The notes beneath the pieces are model-generated. The model was not told the DNA's origin and made no database searches. It was given only the letters and a program-made list of their open reading frames with translations. A DNA stretch of 64,000 nucleotides from Polyangiaceae bacterium. Its GTDB lineage: Bacteria; Myxococcota_A; Polyangia; Polyangiales; Polyangiaceae. The position numbers and the translations under genes were made by a program. Positions 28,023 to 37,659 of the stretch are shown here, one piece after another. The number at the start of each line of letters is the position of its first letter. The stretch's first letter is position 1. The DNA lies in assembly GCA_050287085.1 (NCBI GenBank), contig JBNKBE010000028.1, positions 9,024 to 73,023 on the forward strand. The letters are read 5' to 3'.

Positions 28023-30245
28023 ATGACACGACTTTTACATACTTCACTTCGGCCCAATCATTCACCTTCATCTGCGCGGATGAGCCTTGTTTCGACGAGC
28101 TCAGGAAGCGCTATTCCGCAGCGCTACCCTGTGGCGGCGCGCCCGAGCGCGGGCTTGCGCGGTCTCATGCTGCTGGTCGGTGGACTCTTGCTGGCTGCCT
28201 GTGGACGCACCGCTGAAGTCGGCAATGGCAGCAGTACGAACTGGCTCAAGTCATGTGACGAGAATGCGGATTGCGGCGGCGCATTCCTGTGTGTAGCAGG
28301 AGCGTGCACGCCGAAGTGCGATTCTGACGATCTGTGTAATGAGCTTCGCGACGGGGCTAGCTGCGTGAAGACGGAGCGGGTCGCGGCGAAGGCGTTCAGT
28401 TGCGAAGGAGCGTCGGTGGTTTCCGTTTGCGCCGCTCCATGTGAGTCCGAGGCCTGCGCGAGTCAGGGACGCGGCTATGCTTGTGAGCGGGGCTTATGCG
28501 TTCCCGCAGCCTGCGACGATGTACCACCGGTCTACGAACCATGCGCGGGCAAGAAAGCGGGCGCCAGTTGCTCGTTGTGTGATCCTCTCGACGAAGACTG
28601 TATCGAGACCCAGTCTGTCAAGCACTGTACCGAAGAGGGCAAGTGTGTTCAGCAGGTGTTGGTCGATGACCCGTATTCGCCCTGCGAATCGAAGACATGT
28701 GGCGAGTCGTGCTCGCTTTGCCCACCGGACGACGCTGACTGTGTCGAAGACAGCGTGCTGCGGCTCTGTGATGCTGGCGGAAAGTGTACCGAGGCGCCGG
28801 TGAGTTGCGACGATACTTGCGCGGAGCTATCGGTTGAAGAATGTGAAGCCACGGACGCCTGCGTGACCATCGGAGGCCGGCAGATCGCGGCGATGGAGGT
28901 CAGCGACGAAGCGTTGCTACTGGGCTGCATGCCCGCGGATAGCGCCTGCCCGGAGGTCGAAACCTGCGGTCGCGATGCAGCAGGCACCTGCTTCTGGTTT
29001 TCCGATGGCTGCCTGCCGCAAGACATAGAGACCGTGTCGTGCAGCGAAGGGGCGTGTTGTATTGGCAGCGAATGCAACGTCGCGAGCTATGACCCGTGTG
29101 CCGGGAAGGGGTGCGGCGATGGTTGCTCGCTGTGCGCGCCGGATGATGCGGGGTGCACCGAGACTGCCGAGATCAAACAGTGTGATGCCCTGGGTGAGTG
29201 CCGCGGAACTGCCGCCGTGTGCGCCTGCGAAGGTCTTTCCGCTGCGGCCTGTAGCGACGCGGGTTGTTCGGTGGTCTATGCCACCCCGACCGAAGTCGGC
29301 GGCGAACAAGCGGCAGTGGGGTGTTTGCCCGCGGACGTGGGTTGCGACGACGCCATCACCTGCGCTCTGGACGAAAGCGGCGCCTGTTGGACGTTTTCTG
29401 ACGGCTGTATTCCGACCGGTTTCGACGCGACGTCGTGTTCCTCCGCCGAGTGCTGCCAAGGAGAGGATTGTAGCTACGATGCATGCCAGGGCAAGAGTTG
29501 CGGTGAGTCCTGCACGCTATGTGCACCGAACGACCCTGACTGCGCGGAGACAGCGGAACTCAAGCAGTGCACAGCAACGGGTGAATGCCAATCTGGAGAG
29601 GCGCAATGTTGTGCTGGGGGCACCTGTGAGCCGATTGTCAATCCTAGAGTGGAGTCCTTTGGATACTCGTTTGGGGAGTGTCTCGGAGAGTGCTTGCGTA
29701 CGATGACCGTCGATGACGCCACGTCGGAGCTCAGCTTCAGCGCGTGTTATCATAGTGGGATATGCCGGCGTGAGAACGTAGGTGTGCTCACTGAAGAAGG
29801 TCAAGCCGCGCTCAACGGAGCTGCGACGTCGCTCGAGGGCATGACGCTGGCGGATGTCTATGGCTGTCCTGACTGCACAGATGGTGGGGCCACAACGCTG
29901 AACCTGAACTCCGACATGGGCAGTAGCAAGCACGTCTACGAGTTCGGGGCGCCGCCGCTTGCGCTCGCTGCTGTCGACCAAACACTGTCAGAGCTACTGA
30001 CGGCGCTTGATACCTGCCAAAGCCATGCCTGGCTTAGCTTGGCAGATTGCAAGACCGCAGCTGACGCCGAAGCTTGTGGACCTATGGACGTTGTACTGAG
30101 CGATGCCGACTGCGCGCTCCTTCTGGGGTATTCCTGGAACGGGGCCGCTTGTGAGGCCGTGATGTGCGACTGCTCCGGCGAGGACTGCGACGCACTCTAT
30201 CCGACCCTGACGGATTGCCAGACCGAGCGCGCCGCTTGCCAGTGA
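28023..30245 (+). CDS. Large Cys-rich repeat lipoprotein
   Basis: Lipobox LLLAAC; four Y-x-(P/A)C-x2-K..G..CSLC.P.D..C.E...C...G.C repeats and two longer ...FSDGC.P...SCS...CC.G..C repeats; start uncertain. Confidence 0.8.
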   Translation: MTRLLHTSLRPNHSPSSARMSLVSTSSGSAIPQRYPVAARPSAGLRGLMLLVGGLLLAACGRTAEVGNGSSTNWLKSCDENADCGGAFLCVAGACTPKCDSDDLCNELRDGASCVKTERVAAKAFSCEGASVVSVCAAPCESEACASQGRGYACERGLCVPAACDDVPPVYEPCAGKKAGASCSLCDPLDEDCIETQSVKHCTEEGKCVQQVLVDDPYSPCESKTCGESCSLCPPDDADCVEDSVLRLCDAGGKCTEAPVSCDDTCAELSVEECEATDACVTIGGRQIAAMEVSDEALLLGCMPADSACPEVETCGRDAAGTCFWFSDGCLPQDIETVSCSEGACCIGSECNVASYDPCAGKGCGDGCSLCAPDDAGCTETAEIKQCDALGECRGTAAVCACEGLSAAACSDAGCSVVYATPTEVGGEQAAVGCLPADVGCDDAITCALDESGACWTFSDGCIPTGFDATSCSSAECCQGEDCSYDACQGKSCGESCTLCAPNDPDCAETAELKQCTATGECQSGEAQCCAGGTCEPIVNPRVESFGYSFGECLGECLRTMTVDDATSELSFSACYHSGICRRENVGVLTEEGQAALNGAATSLEGMTLADVYGCPDCTDGGATTLNLNSDMGSSKHVYEFGAPPLALAAVDQTLSELLTALDTCQSHAWLSLADCKTAADAEACGPMDVVLSDADCALLLGYSWNGAACEAVMCDCSGEDCDALYPTLTDCQTERAACQ

Positions 30246-30556
30246 GTTGGAGGCGGGCCCGAGCTACTTTGACAGCCCATCGTCGGAATGCTTGGGTCGA
30301 AATAGGGCGCTGACCTTGCGGGGCGCCCGTCCCGGGTCGCGTTTGAGCTCGAGAGAGCGAAAACGCGACTCGCGCATTTCTCTTGGAACCCAGTCGGCTT
30401 GGGGCTGTCAGAGCAGAAGACCGTCGCCGCTGCCGAGCAGCGCGCAGCGGCTGTATCGGTTGCTTGTCGCGTCGTCGTGTTGATCGCACGCGTTGGCAAC
30501 CGATGTTCTTAGCGTGTGCGCCACGGGGCGCACGCGTGTAGCGATTGGGTGGTGCC

Positions 30557-32065
30557 ATGACATTTCAGGGAAAACGATCGGTTGGGAGCGAGTTGAACTT
30601 GATGGGGGACAGCATGCCTTGCCCAGCTGGCGAGCTGACGGTCTCGAGTGAGCCAGCGGGAGAGGCTGCCACGCACTCGCTCTGGGGCGCTGCGGTTGGC
30701 ATCCGCTGGGGGGATCTGCTGCTCCACAGCACTCTCGTCATGCCGGGATCATCGTTTACCGTCGGAGAGGCGTCTGGGGTGAACGACGGAGAGCGGCACT
30801 TTGCGCTTCCCGGAGAAATACTTGGGCAGGAGCAGCTAGAGCTTGTCACCTCGCACGCCGGCGCCTTCATCGTGCACGTACCGAATGCTGCGTCGGCACG
30901 GGTCATTGAGCCAGCAGTGAGGGCGGGGGAGACGGCGCCCGTGAGCGGCTCTGCGTCGAATCGCTTGCGGCTGAAATTAGGCACTCAAGTTGAGGTGACG
31001 CTCGCCGGGGACTTGGTCATCGAGGTGATAGGGGTGGCGCTGAGTGCTCGCCCAGCACGCCAGTGGCTCGAGCCAGAGAGTTCGCGCGTCGCCGGCTTCT
31101 GGGGCGTGAGCGCGGCCACCGTAGCGAGCCTCCTTGCGGCGGCGGCCTATTTCGTGCCGCCTATGGGAGTGACGGCCGGTGAGCTCAGTCATGAGGCTCG
31201 AAAGGAGCTGATTCTGCAGTACTTGGCGGCTTCTGCTGAGCGAGAGACACCCCCGGAGCGAAGCCGAGGCGAGTCCGGGGGAGCAGCGGGAGCAGAGCCC
31301 GGGGAACGGGCTTCGGGAGCGGAGGGAGCCATGGGTGAGGCAAGTGCCAAGGCAGGAACCCGGCGCTTTCAGGTCAAAGCCCCGAGTTCACAAGCTGAGC
31401 CCGCTTTGGCTCGTTCGCAGCAGTTGGAGGAGGCCAGCACTTTTGGTCTTGTGGGGCTGCTGCTCGGTTCTCCTGATACACCTCAGGCCCCCTGGGGTCG
31501 CGACGTCGCGGTGGGACAGGACGACGCGTCTCAGTTGGGCGGTATATGGGGCGACGCTCTGGGGGATGTGCCCGGAGGCGGCGGGCTAGGGCTTAGCAGC
31601 AACGGCGATGGGGGCGGAGGGATTGGACGCGGGATTGGGCTCTCCAACGTCGGCACGCTCGGTCACGGTCTGGGATCGTCGGGGAGCGATGGCTTTGGCA
31701 GTCAGCACGGACGACTTCAAGGCGCCCATCGACCCAAAGGGATCCGCGTGCGCAGCGCTGGTATCCAGCTTGGGGGTCGCCTACCGTCCGCCGTAGTTCA
31801 GCGCATTGTGCGTCAGAACTACGGCCGCTTTCGATTGTGCTACGAGAAGGGATTGGTCCGAAACCCCAACTTGGAAGGGCGCGTCAACGTGCGTTTCGTC
31901 ATCGGAGCGGACGGCAGCGTGGCCAGTGTCATGAACGGCGGATCGTCGCTTCCGGATAGCTCAGTGGTCAACTGCGTCATTCGTGCGTATTACGGCTTAA
32001 CATTTCCCAAGCCGTCAGGCGGCATCGTCACGGTCGTATACCCTTTGATTCTCACCCCGGGGTGA
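30557..32065 (+). CDS. AgmX/PglI C-terminal domain (TonB_C-like, GltG/GltJ-related) membrane protein
   Basis: N-terminal beta domain, one TM, Gly-rich linker, GRLPSAVVQRIVRQNYGRFRLCYEKGLVRNPNLEGRVNVRFVI...VVNCVIRAYYGLTFPKPSGGIVTVVYPL. Confidence 0.85.
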   Translation: MTFQGKRSVGSELNLMGDSMPCPAGELTVSSEPAGEAATHSLWGAAVGIRWGDLLLHSTLVMPGSSFTVGEASGVNDGERHFALPGEILGQEQLELVTSHAGAFIVHVPNAASARVIEPAVRAGETAPVSGSASNRLRLKLGTQVEVTLAGDLVIEVIGVALSARPARQWLEPESSRVAGFWGVSAATVASLLAAAAYFVPPMGVTAGELSHEARKELILQYLAASAERETPPERSRGESGGAAGAEPGERASGAEGAMGEASAKAGTRRFQVKAPSSQAEPALARSQQLEEASTFGLVGLLLGSPDTPQAPWGRDVAVGQDDASQLGGIWGDALGDVPGGGGLGLSSNGDGGGGIGRGIGLSNVGTLGHGLGSSGSDGFGSQHGRLQGAHRPKGIRVRSAGIQLGGRLPSAVVQRIVRQNYGRFRLCYEKGLVRNPNLEGRVNVRFVIGADGSVASVMNGGSSLPDSSVVNCVIRAYYGLTFPKPSGGIVTVVYPLILTPG

Positions 32066-32131
32066 GTTGGTGACAACCCGTAGGGGCGCGCAAGGGCCGC
32101 GGCTTTGCTATCTGCAAGGGCGGTCCCAGCG

Positions 32132-32380
32132 CTACTTGACTGGGAGCCCACGCTGCGGGCGAAGGGCTTGCCGCAGTCGTTCGACTTCGCCGGGAGCCAC
32201 GGTCAGCCAGGCGATCCAATGCTTTTCCCCCTCGCGACGGGACCCAGCCTCGACGCAGGGTACTGACTCGCGCTGGACGAAGTCGCGAACATGACGATGA
32301 TGGTGTTCGGCCGTGCGCTCGGCGTGGGGGCCGAAGAAGTCCCAAATGAGCTGAACGTTGTAATCGGTGGCTTCCGGCAT
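32132..32380 (-). CDS. Small conserved hypothetical protein
   Basis: 82 aa; VQLIWDFFGPHAERTAEHHHRHVRDF...LRQALRPQRG resembles, from memory, a small Bacteroidota hypothetical family (LIWDFRGP...AEHH..HL...ALKPHRG). Confidence 0.6.
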   Translation of the reverse strand: MPEATDYNVQLIWDFFGPHAERTAEHHHRHVRDFVQRESVPCVEAGSRREGEKHWIAWLTVAPGEVERLRQALRPQRGLPVK

Positions 32381-32752
32381 AGGAGGTGTAGCCAGCGTAG
32401 CAGCATTGGGGCGCCCTCACGCCAGGCCCCCTCACGCCAGGCCGTAGTCGCGCCGAGTTCCGCGGGTGCGCCTCCGCCCGACCCCTGCCGCGGCACGTTG
32501 AGCGCAGCCTGCTGGTGCGATAATACGCCCGAATTCCGCACGCCTTGAGGTCCGGCTTCGGCCCTGTGGGACCGCCGGCCGTTTGAGCGCTTGGATAGTG
32601 CTACCAGAAGCGGAGCGCCTGCGTGGTCGCGCCTGGGTACGGCTTCTGACGAGCCATTGCACGGCGCGCTTCGAGCGTGCACCGTATAGGGTCCCGGGTT
32701 TCGGACGCGGTGCTCTATGCTCGAAGGCCGTCGACAGCAAAGGTGGTGTTGA

Positions 32753-34378
32753 ATGGAGGATCTGTCCATCTTGCTCGCGAATGACGAGCTGCTGCTTTTG
32801 TTCCTGGTCATTCTGCTCGGCTTGCTGCTGGGACGGCTTCAGATCCGCGGGATCCGACTTGGGTTGGCGGGTGTTCTGTTTGCGGGTCTCGGACTTACGG
32901 CGTGGCTTCAGCCACACGGGCCCGCGTTGCGTATTGCGCCAGAGCTCAAGGAGTTCGGCCTGGTGCTATTCGTCTACTGCGTGGGGCTTACCAGCGGCCC
33001 TGGCTTCTTTGCAGCATGGCGTTCGCGTGGGGTGCGACTCAACCTCGTCGTCCTTGTGGCCCTCGGCTGTGGGGCTGCCCTAGCCGTGTTGGGAGGGCGT
33101 TTGTTGGGGCTGGACAAGGGACTGATCGCGGGCGTCTTTTGCGGCGCGCTTACCAACACGCCGGCGCTGGGGGCAGCAACCGATCGCCTAGGCGATAGCG
33201 CGCTCGCGCTGCAGCCGGTGTTGGGGTACTCCGTCACCTATCCCTTTGGCATATTCGGAGCGCTACTCGCGTTCCGTCTATACGTTCGCTGGTCGAGTGT
33301 GCAGCTGCAGGCCGAGCGGAAACGGCATGAGCAAGAGCAGTTGCCCCTGCTCACGGTCAACCTTCGAGTCACCAATCCAGCCATTGTTGGGCACTCCATT
33401 GGAGAGTTGCGCGTTCAGGACGAAGTTGGGGTCCTGGTCTCTAGGTTGAGGCGCGCCGACGACGTACTCGTGCCGACCAAGTATACGGTCTTTCAGTCGG
33501 GAGATATCGTCGTCGCCGTTTGCAACGAGTCGACGAGACCCGCGGCGGTGGCATTCTTTGGCGAAGAGTCCGAGCTGCATCTGGAGTCTGAGCGCCAGCG
33601 AGTCGATATGCGGCGAGTTCTCGTTTCTCGCCCGGAACATGTGGGATGTTCCATCGACGAGCTCGACCTCGATCGACGCTTCAACGCGCAGGTGACCCGT
33701 ATCCGCCGCGCCGACGTCGACTTTGTTCCGACGGGGGACACGCGCCTCGCTCAGGGCGACAGACTTCGGGTTGTGGCCCCTGCGCGGCGTCTGCGGGAGG
33801 TAAGCCAGTTCTTTGGCGACTCGGAGCGCCAGCTGGCGGAAGTCGACTACGTAGCGCTCGGGTTGGGACTCGCCGCCGGGCTGTTGCTGGCTCATATCCC
33901 GGTGCCGGCGTTTGGCGTGGATCTTACCCTGGGGGCCGCCGGCGGACCGCTGATCATCGCGCTGCTTCTTGGGCGTCTGTCGCGCACCGGTCCTCTTGTG
34001 TGGCTATTGCCTTACGAGGCCAATCGCGTCGTGCGCGATCTTGGGCTCCTGCTCTTCCTAGCGGGAGTTGGGGTCAGCGCAGGTGCCAGCATGGACGGGG
34101 TATTCACCCAGGAAGGTCTTGCCTTGCTTGGGCTTGGTATCGCTGTCACGACGGTGACGACAACCGTAGCTCTGCTTCTGGCTCGCTTCTTGGCGGCGGC
34201 TGAGGTGATCACGAGCCTAGGCGCGGCAAGCGGTATGCAAACACAACCCGCCACGCTGGAGGCGGCGTTTGAGCTCTCGGGGCAATCCAACGAGACCTAT
34301 GTTTCCTATGCCCTGGTGTACCCCGTTGCCATGATCAGCAAGATACTAATAGCTCAGCTCTTGGCCGTCTTCGCCTGA
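32753..34378 (+). CDS. AspT/YidE/YbjL family transporter (aspartate:alanine exchanger-like) with two TrkA-C domains
   Basis: LGLAGVLFAGL, EFGLVLFVYCVGLTSGPGFF, GALTNTPALGAA, GYSVTYPFG, GAAGGPLIIALLLG, SGMQTQPATL, YALVYPVAMISKI. Confidence 0.92.
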   Translation: MEDLSILLANDELLLLFLVILLGLLLGRLQIRGIRLGLAGVLFAGLGLTAWLQPHGPALRIAPELKEFGLVLFVYCVGLTSGPGFFAAWRSRGVRLNLVVLVALGCGAALAVLGGRLLGLDKGLIAGVFCGALTNTPALGAATDRLGDSALALQPVLGYSVTYPFGIFGALLAFRLYVRWSSVQLQAERKRHEQEQLPLLTVNLRVTNPAIVGHSIGELRVQDEVGVLVSRLRRADDVLVPTKYTVFQSGDIVVAVCNESTRPAAVAFFGEESELHLESERQRVDMRRVLVSRPEHVGCSIDELDLDRRFNAQVTRIRRADVDFVPTGDTRLAQGDRLRVVAPARRLREVSQFFGDSERQLAEVDYVALGLGLAAGLLLAHIPVPAFGVDLTLGAAGGPLIIALLLGRLSRTGPLVWLLPYEANRVVRDLGLLLFLAGVGVSAGASMDGVFTQEGLALLGLGIAVTTVTTTVALLLARFLAAAEVITSLGAASGMQTQPATLEAAFELSGQSNETYVSYALVYPVAMISKILIAQLLAVFA

Positions 34379-34404
34379 GGGCGTGATGCCTTGGGTGCGT
34401 TAAC

Positions 34405-36597
34405 ATGCTCGGGGTGTTGCTAGGAGGTCTAAGTACCTGGGTACTGGTCGGAACGTGGCTGGTGCTGCGTTTCGGCGCCGCGCAAGCAGCCGCGTGGAGT
34501 CGAGTGACAACCCCGCGCACGACGTTTGGGTGGGGGCTGGCACTGGCGCTGGCAAGCGGACCCCTTTGGGCTCTTCATCCCTGGATGTCGCCCCCAGAAG
34601 GTCTGTATTGGGGGGATGCAGAGGGTCACGCCCGTGCGGCCGTTGAGATCGCGCACGGAGCGTTGGCGCACGGCTGGATCACCGGCATCCTCGCGGGGTT
34701 TCCCCTGGGGCATCACTATCCCCCGCTGTCGTGGCTTGTCGCCGCCGCCTGGATATCCTTGGGCGTCGCACCGGCCACTGCCGTGTACTGGCTGGGCTGG
34801 CTAGCCACGCTTGCCCTGCCGCTTGTCTTCTTCCTGGCCTTGGTGAGGGCGCGCGCCCAACCGCTGTTTGCTTTTCTTGGGGCGCTCTGCCTCTGTTGGG
34901 TCGCTCCCTACAATGCGTTTGTCGGAGGTTTCGAGGTCTACTTCACGCAGGGTTTGCTGTCGCAGGCGGTGGCTCTTCCGCTGTGCTTGTGGTGGACTTG
35001 CGAGGTGATATTGGTGCGCGATCCCGTGCGCACCGCCCTTTGGGGTTGTCTGCTCATGGCTGCGCACCCGCAGCTGGCGCTTGGGGGGTTGGTTCTGTTG
35101 TGGATGGCCGCTTTGGTCGTCTCAGAGCGGGCCCTGTTTCGGTCGGCTTCGTGGGCTGCGGTGGCCTTGTTGTTCAGTGGGGCGTGTCTCTATGGGCAAG
35201 GCCTCGCCACCTTGAACGTGCCTTTTGGTTGGCCACCAGCCTTTGGTTGGCGTCAATTGGGGTTTGGACCGAGCCATCTTGGCGAGTGGCTTCTTGACGG
35301 CGAGCTGCTTGATCGCGATCGAAGCCCGGTGCTCACCGCTCTGGTGAGCGCCTCGCTCTTGTGTCTGCTGCTATTGGGCCGGAGCCTGGTAGCGCGGAGC
35401 GTGGTGGTGACTCTCGTGGCGGGCCTTCTGCTTACCCTTTCCGGGCAGGCGCTGAACGCATTGGGTGCCATCGGGCAATTGCTGCTGACCTTTGCGCAGC
35501 CACTGCGCCTGCTTGCCTTCATTCCTGTGCTCGTGGGGCTGACCCTTGTGGTGGCACTCGAAGAGTCTCGCTCCTATCTCGTTTTTCGCGATAGCGCCGC
35601 TCGCTGGCTCCAGTACGCCGTGCGCGGATTTACATGTGTCATCACCAGCGGATTGCTTTTGTGCAGCGTGCCTTCCCGTCTGGACTACGTGCATAAACGT
35701 CATTCAGCGTTGAGCACGCTTTCGCGGCCTCGCGGCTACGAGGCGCCCAAGCTCCGGCGTTGGCTTCGGGCGCTGAGCCGCGGCCGGGTGTGGTACGACG
35801 ATCGTGCCTCCGCGCCGCTCTCACTGCCTTTTGTCGTTGATGGTCTCGGCTTGGCATCGGCCGTTCCGGTTGCGACAACCAATGCTGTGGGGGCTCACGT
35901 AGGGCTAATGTTTGCGGCCTATCATGCGCTCGACTTCGAACGTGGGGATTCAGCGCGGCGTGCGGAAGCTCTGGGCGTGCGTACCGTGTTGCACGTCGGA
36001 AGTGGCGCCCCGCCCGGCTGGCGAGAGGTGGCCCGCAGCGGCGACGTAGGATTGTTTGAGCATATGCGCCCCACCGATTGGCTCGGCGTCGGTTGTGTGG
36101 TTCGGAAGCTGAGCGGTAGCAACGCCGTGCTGAAAGCTCGCTTGGCGAGCGAGCTTTCAAGTCCACAGAGCGCTGACGCCCTGTTGGATCCGCTGCACCT
36201 CGTTTCAATCGAGCTAGGCTCTGGAGTATTGGTTGAAGAGGGGGTCAATGCGGCGGGGTGTGACGCCTCCGCGGCGCAGGTTGACGTGGAGCGAAGGGAG
36301 CCCGGATATCTCCGGGCCACGGTGCATACGAACACGCCCAGCGTCGTAGTACTCCGCGAAACGGCATTTCCAGGCTGGGAATTCGTCGTCGATGGCAATC
36401 CGGCACGGCCCACGCTGGTGGCCCCGGGCTTTCCGGCTTTCCTGGTCGGACCCGGGGCACACAGCTTCGAAGCCGCGGCTCACTCCATGCCAGGTTATGG
36501 TGGGCTGCTATTGGTTGGAGGCGGGGGGTTGCTGGCGGTGGCCGTCTTATTGCGTCGCCGCTGGTCGACCGGAGGCCCACCGGATGCCGCCCAGTAA
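34405..36597 (+). CDS. Polytopic membrane protein, GT-C glycosyltransferase-like (PTPS-related/YfhO-like)
   Basis: WGDAEGH...GW...AGFPLGHHYPPLS motif, many TM helices, YfhO-like C-terminus VVVLRETAFPGWEFVVDG...PGAH. Confidence 0.6.
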   Translation: MLGVLLGGLSTWVLVGTWLVLRFGAAQAAAWSRVTTPRTTFGWGLALALASGPLWALHPWMSPPEGLYWGDAEGHARAAVEIAHGALAHGWITGILAGFPLGHHYPPLSWLVAAAWISLGVAPATAVYWLGWLATLALPLVFFLALVRARAQPLFAFLGALCLCWVAPYNAFVGGFEVYFTQGLLSQAVALPLCLWWTCEVILVRDPVRTALWGCLLMAAHPQLALGGLVLLWMAALVVSERALFRSASWAAVALLFSGACLYGQGLATLNVPFGWPPAFGWRQLGFGPSHLGEWLLDGELLDRDRSPVLTALVSASLLCLLLLGRSLVARSVVVTLVAGLLLTLSGQALNALGAIGQLLLTFAQPLRLLAFIPVLVGLTLVVALEESRSYLVFRDSAARWLQYAVRGFTCVITSGLLLCSVPSRLDYVHKRHSALSTLSRPRGYEAPKLRRWLRALSRGRVWYDDRASAPLSLPFVVDGLGLASAVPVATTNAVGAHVGLMFAAYHALDFERGDSARRAEALGVRTVLHVGSGAPPGWREVARSGDVGLFEHMRPTDWLGVGCVVRKLSGSNAVLKARLASELSSPQSADALLDPLHLVSIELGSGVLVEEGVNAAGCDASAAQVDVERREPGYLRATVHTNTPSVVVLRETAFPGWEFVVDGNPARPTLVAPGFPAFLVGPGAHSFEAAAHSMPGYGGLLLVGGGGLLAVAVLLRRRWSTGGPPDAAQ

Positions 36598-37659
36598 GTG
36601 TTGTATGAAGTCAGGCTCGGCATAGCTTTCCCGAGTGTGACCGAGCCCGGTATAGAAAGCGCGTCCACCCTCATAGTCCTGGCACCAAGCGATGGGGTGA
36701 TCGCCGCTCATCGAGCTTTCTTCAGGGGAATAGCTGCTTTCGTCGAGAGATAAGAGCACCCGAACCCCGGGGCGAGGGTTGACTCTGAAGCCATACCACT
36801 CGTCTATCCGTGACCATTCGTTCGGCAAATGGCGGGTCGCCGGGTGCGCTGCATCCTCCACTCGAATCGTCGCATTCTGCGTTCGTGGGTGGGCTCTAAA
36901 GTAGGCCCCAACGAGCTCACCGTACCACGGCCAATCGTACTCGGTGTCGCTTGCGGCGTGGATCCCAACGAAGCCACCACCGGCCTGCACGAAGCTCTGG
37001 AGCGCGTCTTGCTGGGGAGCGGTGAGTACATCTTCTGATGTATTCGCGAACACAACGACGTCGAAGCCATCGAGGAACTGCCGGGAAAACTCGTTCCCGT
37101 CTTCAGTGGCCGTCATCGTCCAGCCCTGTTCATCTGCGAGTGAACGGAGCGCCTCGATGGCATCCGGAATGGAGTCGTGCCGATAGCCTGCCGTCTTGGT
37201 GAAGACCAGCACATTGAGGACTCCGATGTCGGGTTCGCTTGGTTCTCCTCCTGCAGCGCCCGCAGCGTTGTCGTCGCCCTGGAGCTCCGTTTGGGATTGA
37301 CCCTGTTCATTCGTCCCTGCCGCTGCGTCGCCTATTCGCTCGGCGCCGTTCTTGTCGACACCGTCGAGCCGCGCGCCGCCGCCTTGCCCCCCATCAGGCC
37401 CAGCGAGCGACGGCGATCCGCCGTTGTCGCTCATTGTTACGCTGGAACCGAGGCCATCTGGAACGGCACCGCTGGCTCCCTCGGGGGCGGGCAGTTCAAA
37501 ACGTCGCTTCGCCATTTCGTCTGCGGTGCAGGCGCAGAGGATGTGGCTCGTGAGGCCGAGTGCGAGGCCAACGACCACTGGGGCGCGAGTGACCACTGGG
37601 GCGCGAGGGCGACCCCGAGCCGAAGTCGAATGCGCGCGCCGCACCAATAGCGGCAACAC
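36547..37659 (-). CDS. ThuA domain lipoprotein
   Basis: VLVFTKTAGYRHDSIP, GGGFVGIHAASDTEYDWPWYGELVGAYF, DEWYGF, MSGDHPIAW, GGRAFYTGLGH; start uncertain (ORF extends to 37881). Confidence 0.88.
   Translation of the reverse strand: MLPLLVRRAHSTSARGRPRAPVVTRAPVVVGLALGLTSHILCACTADEMAKRRFELPAPEGASGAVPDGLGSSVTMSDNGGSPSLAGPDGGQGGGARLDGVDKNGAERIGDAAAGTNEQGQSQTELQGDDNAAGAAGGEPSEPDIGVLNVLVFTKTAGYRHDSIPDAIEALRSLADEQGWTMTATEDGNEFSRQFLDGFDVVVFANTSEDVLTAPQQDALQSFVQAGGGFVGIHAASDTEYDWPWYGELVGAYFRAHPRTQNATIRVEDAAHPATRHLPNEWSRIDEWYGFRVNPRPGVRVLLSLDESSYSPEESSMSGDHPIAWCQDYEGGRAFYTGLGHTRESYAEPDFIQHLLGGIRWASGRPAATQ

Noticed and set aside
32414..32443. Direct repeat CCCTCACGCCAGGCC x2 (similar doublets near 20140 and 37573)
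   Set aside because: Isolated two-copy slippage duplications with no wider pattern
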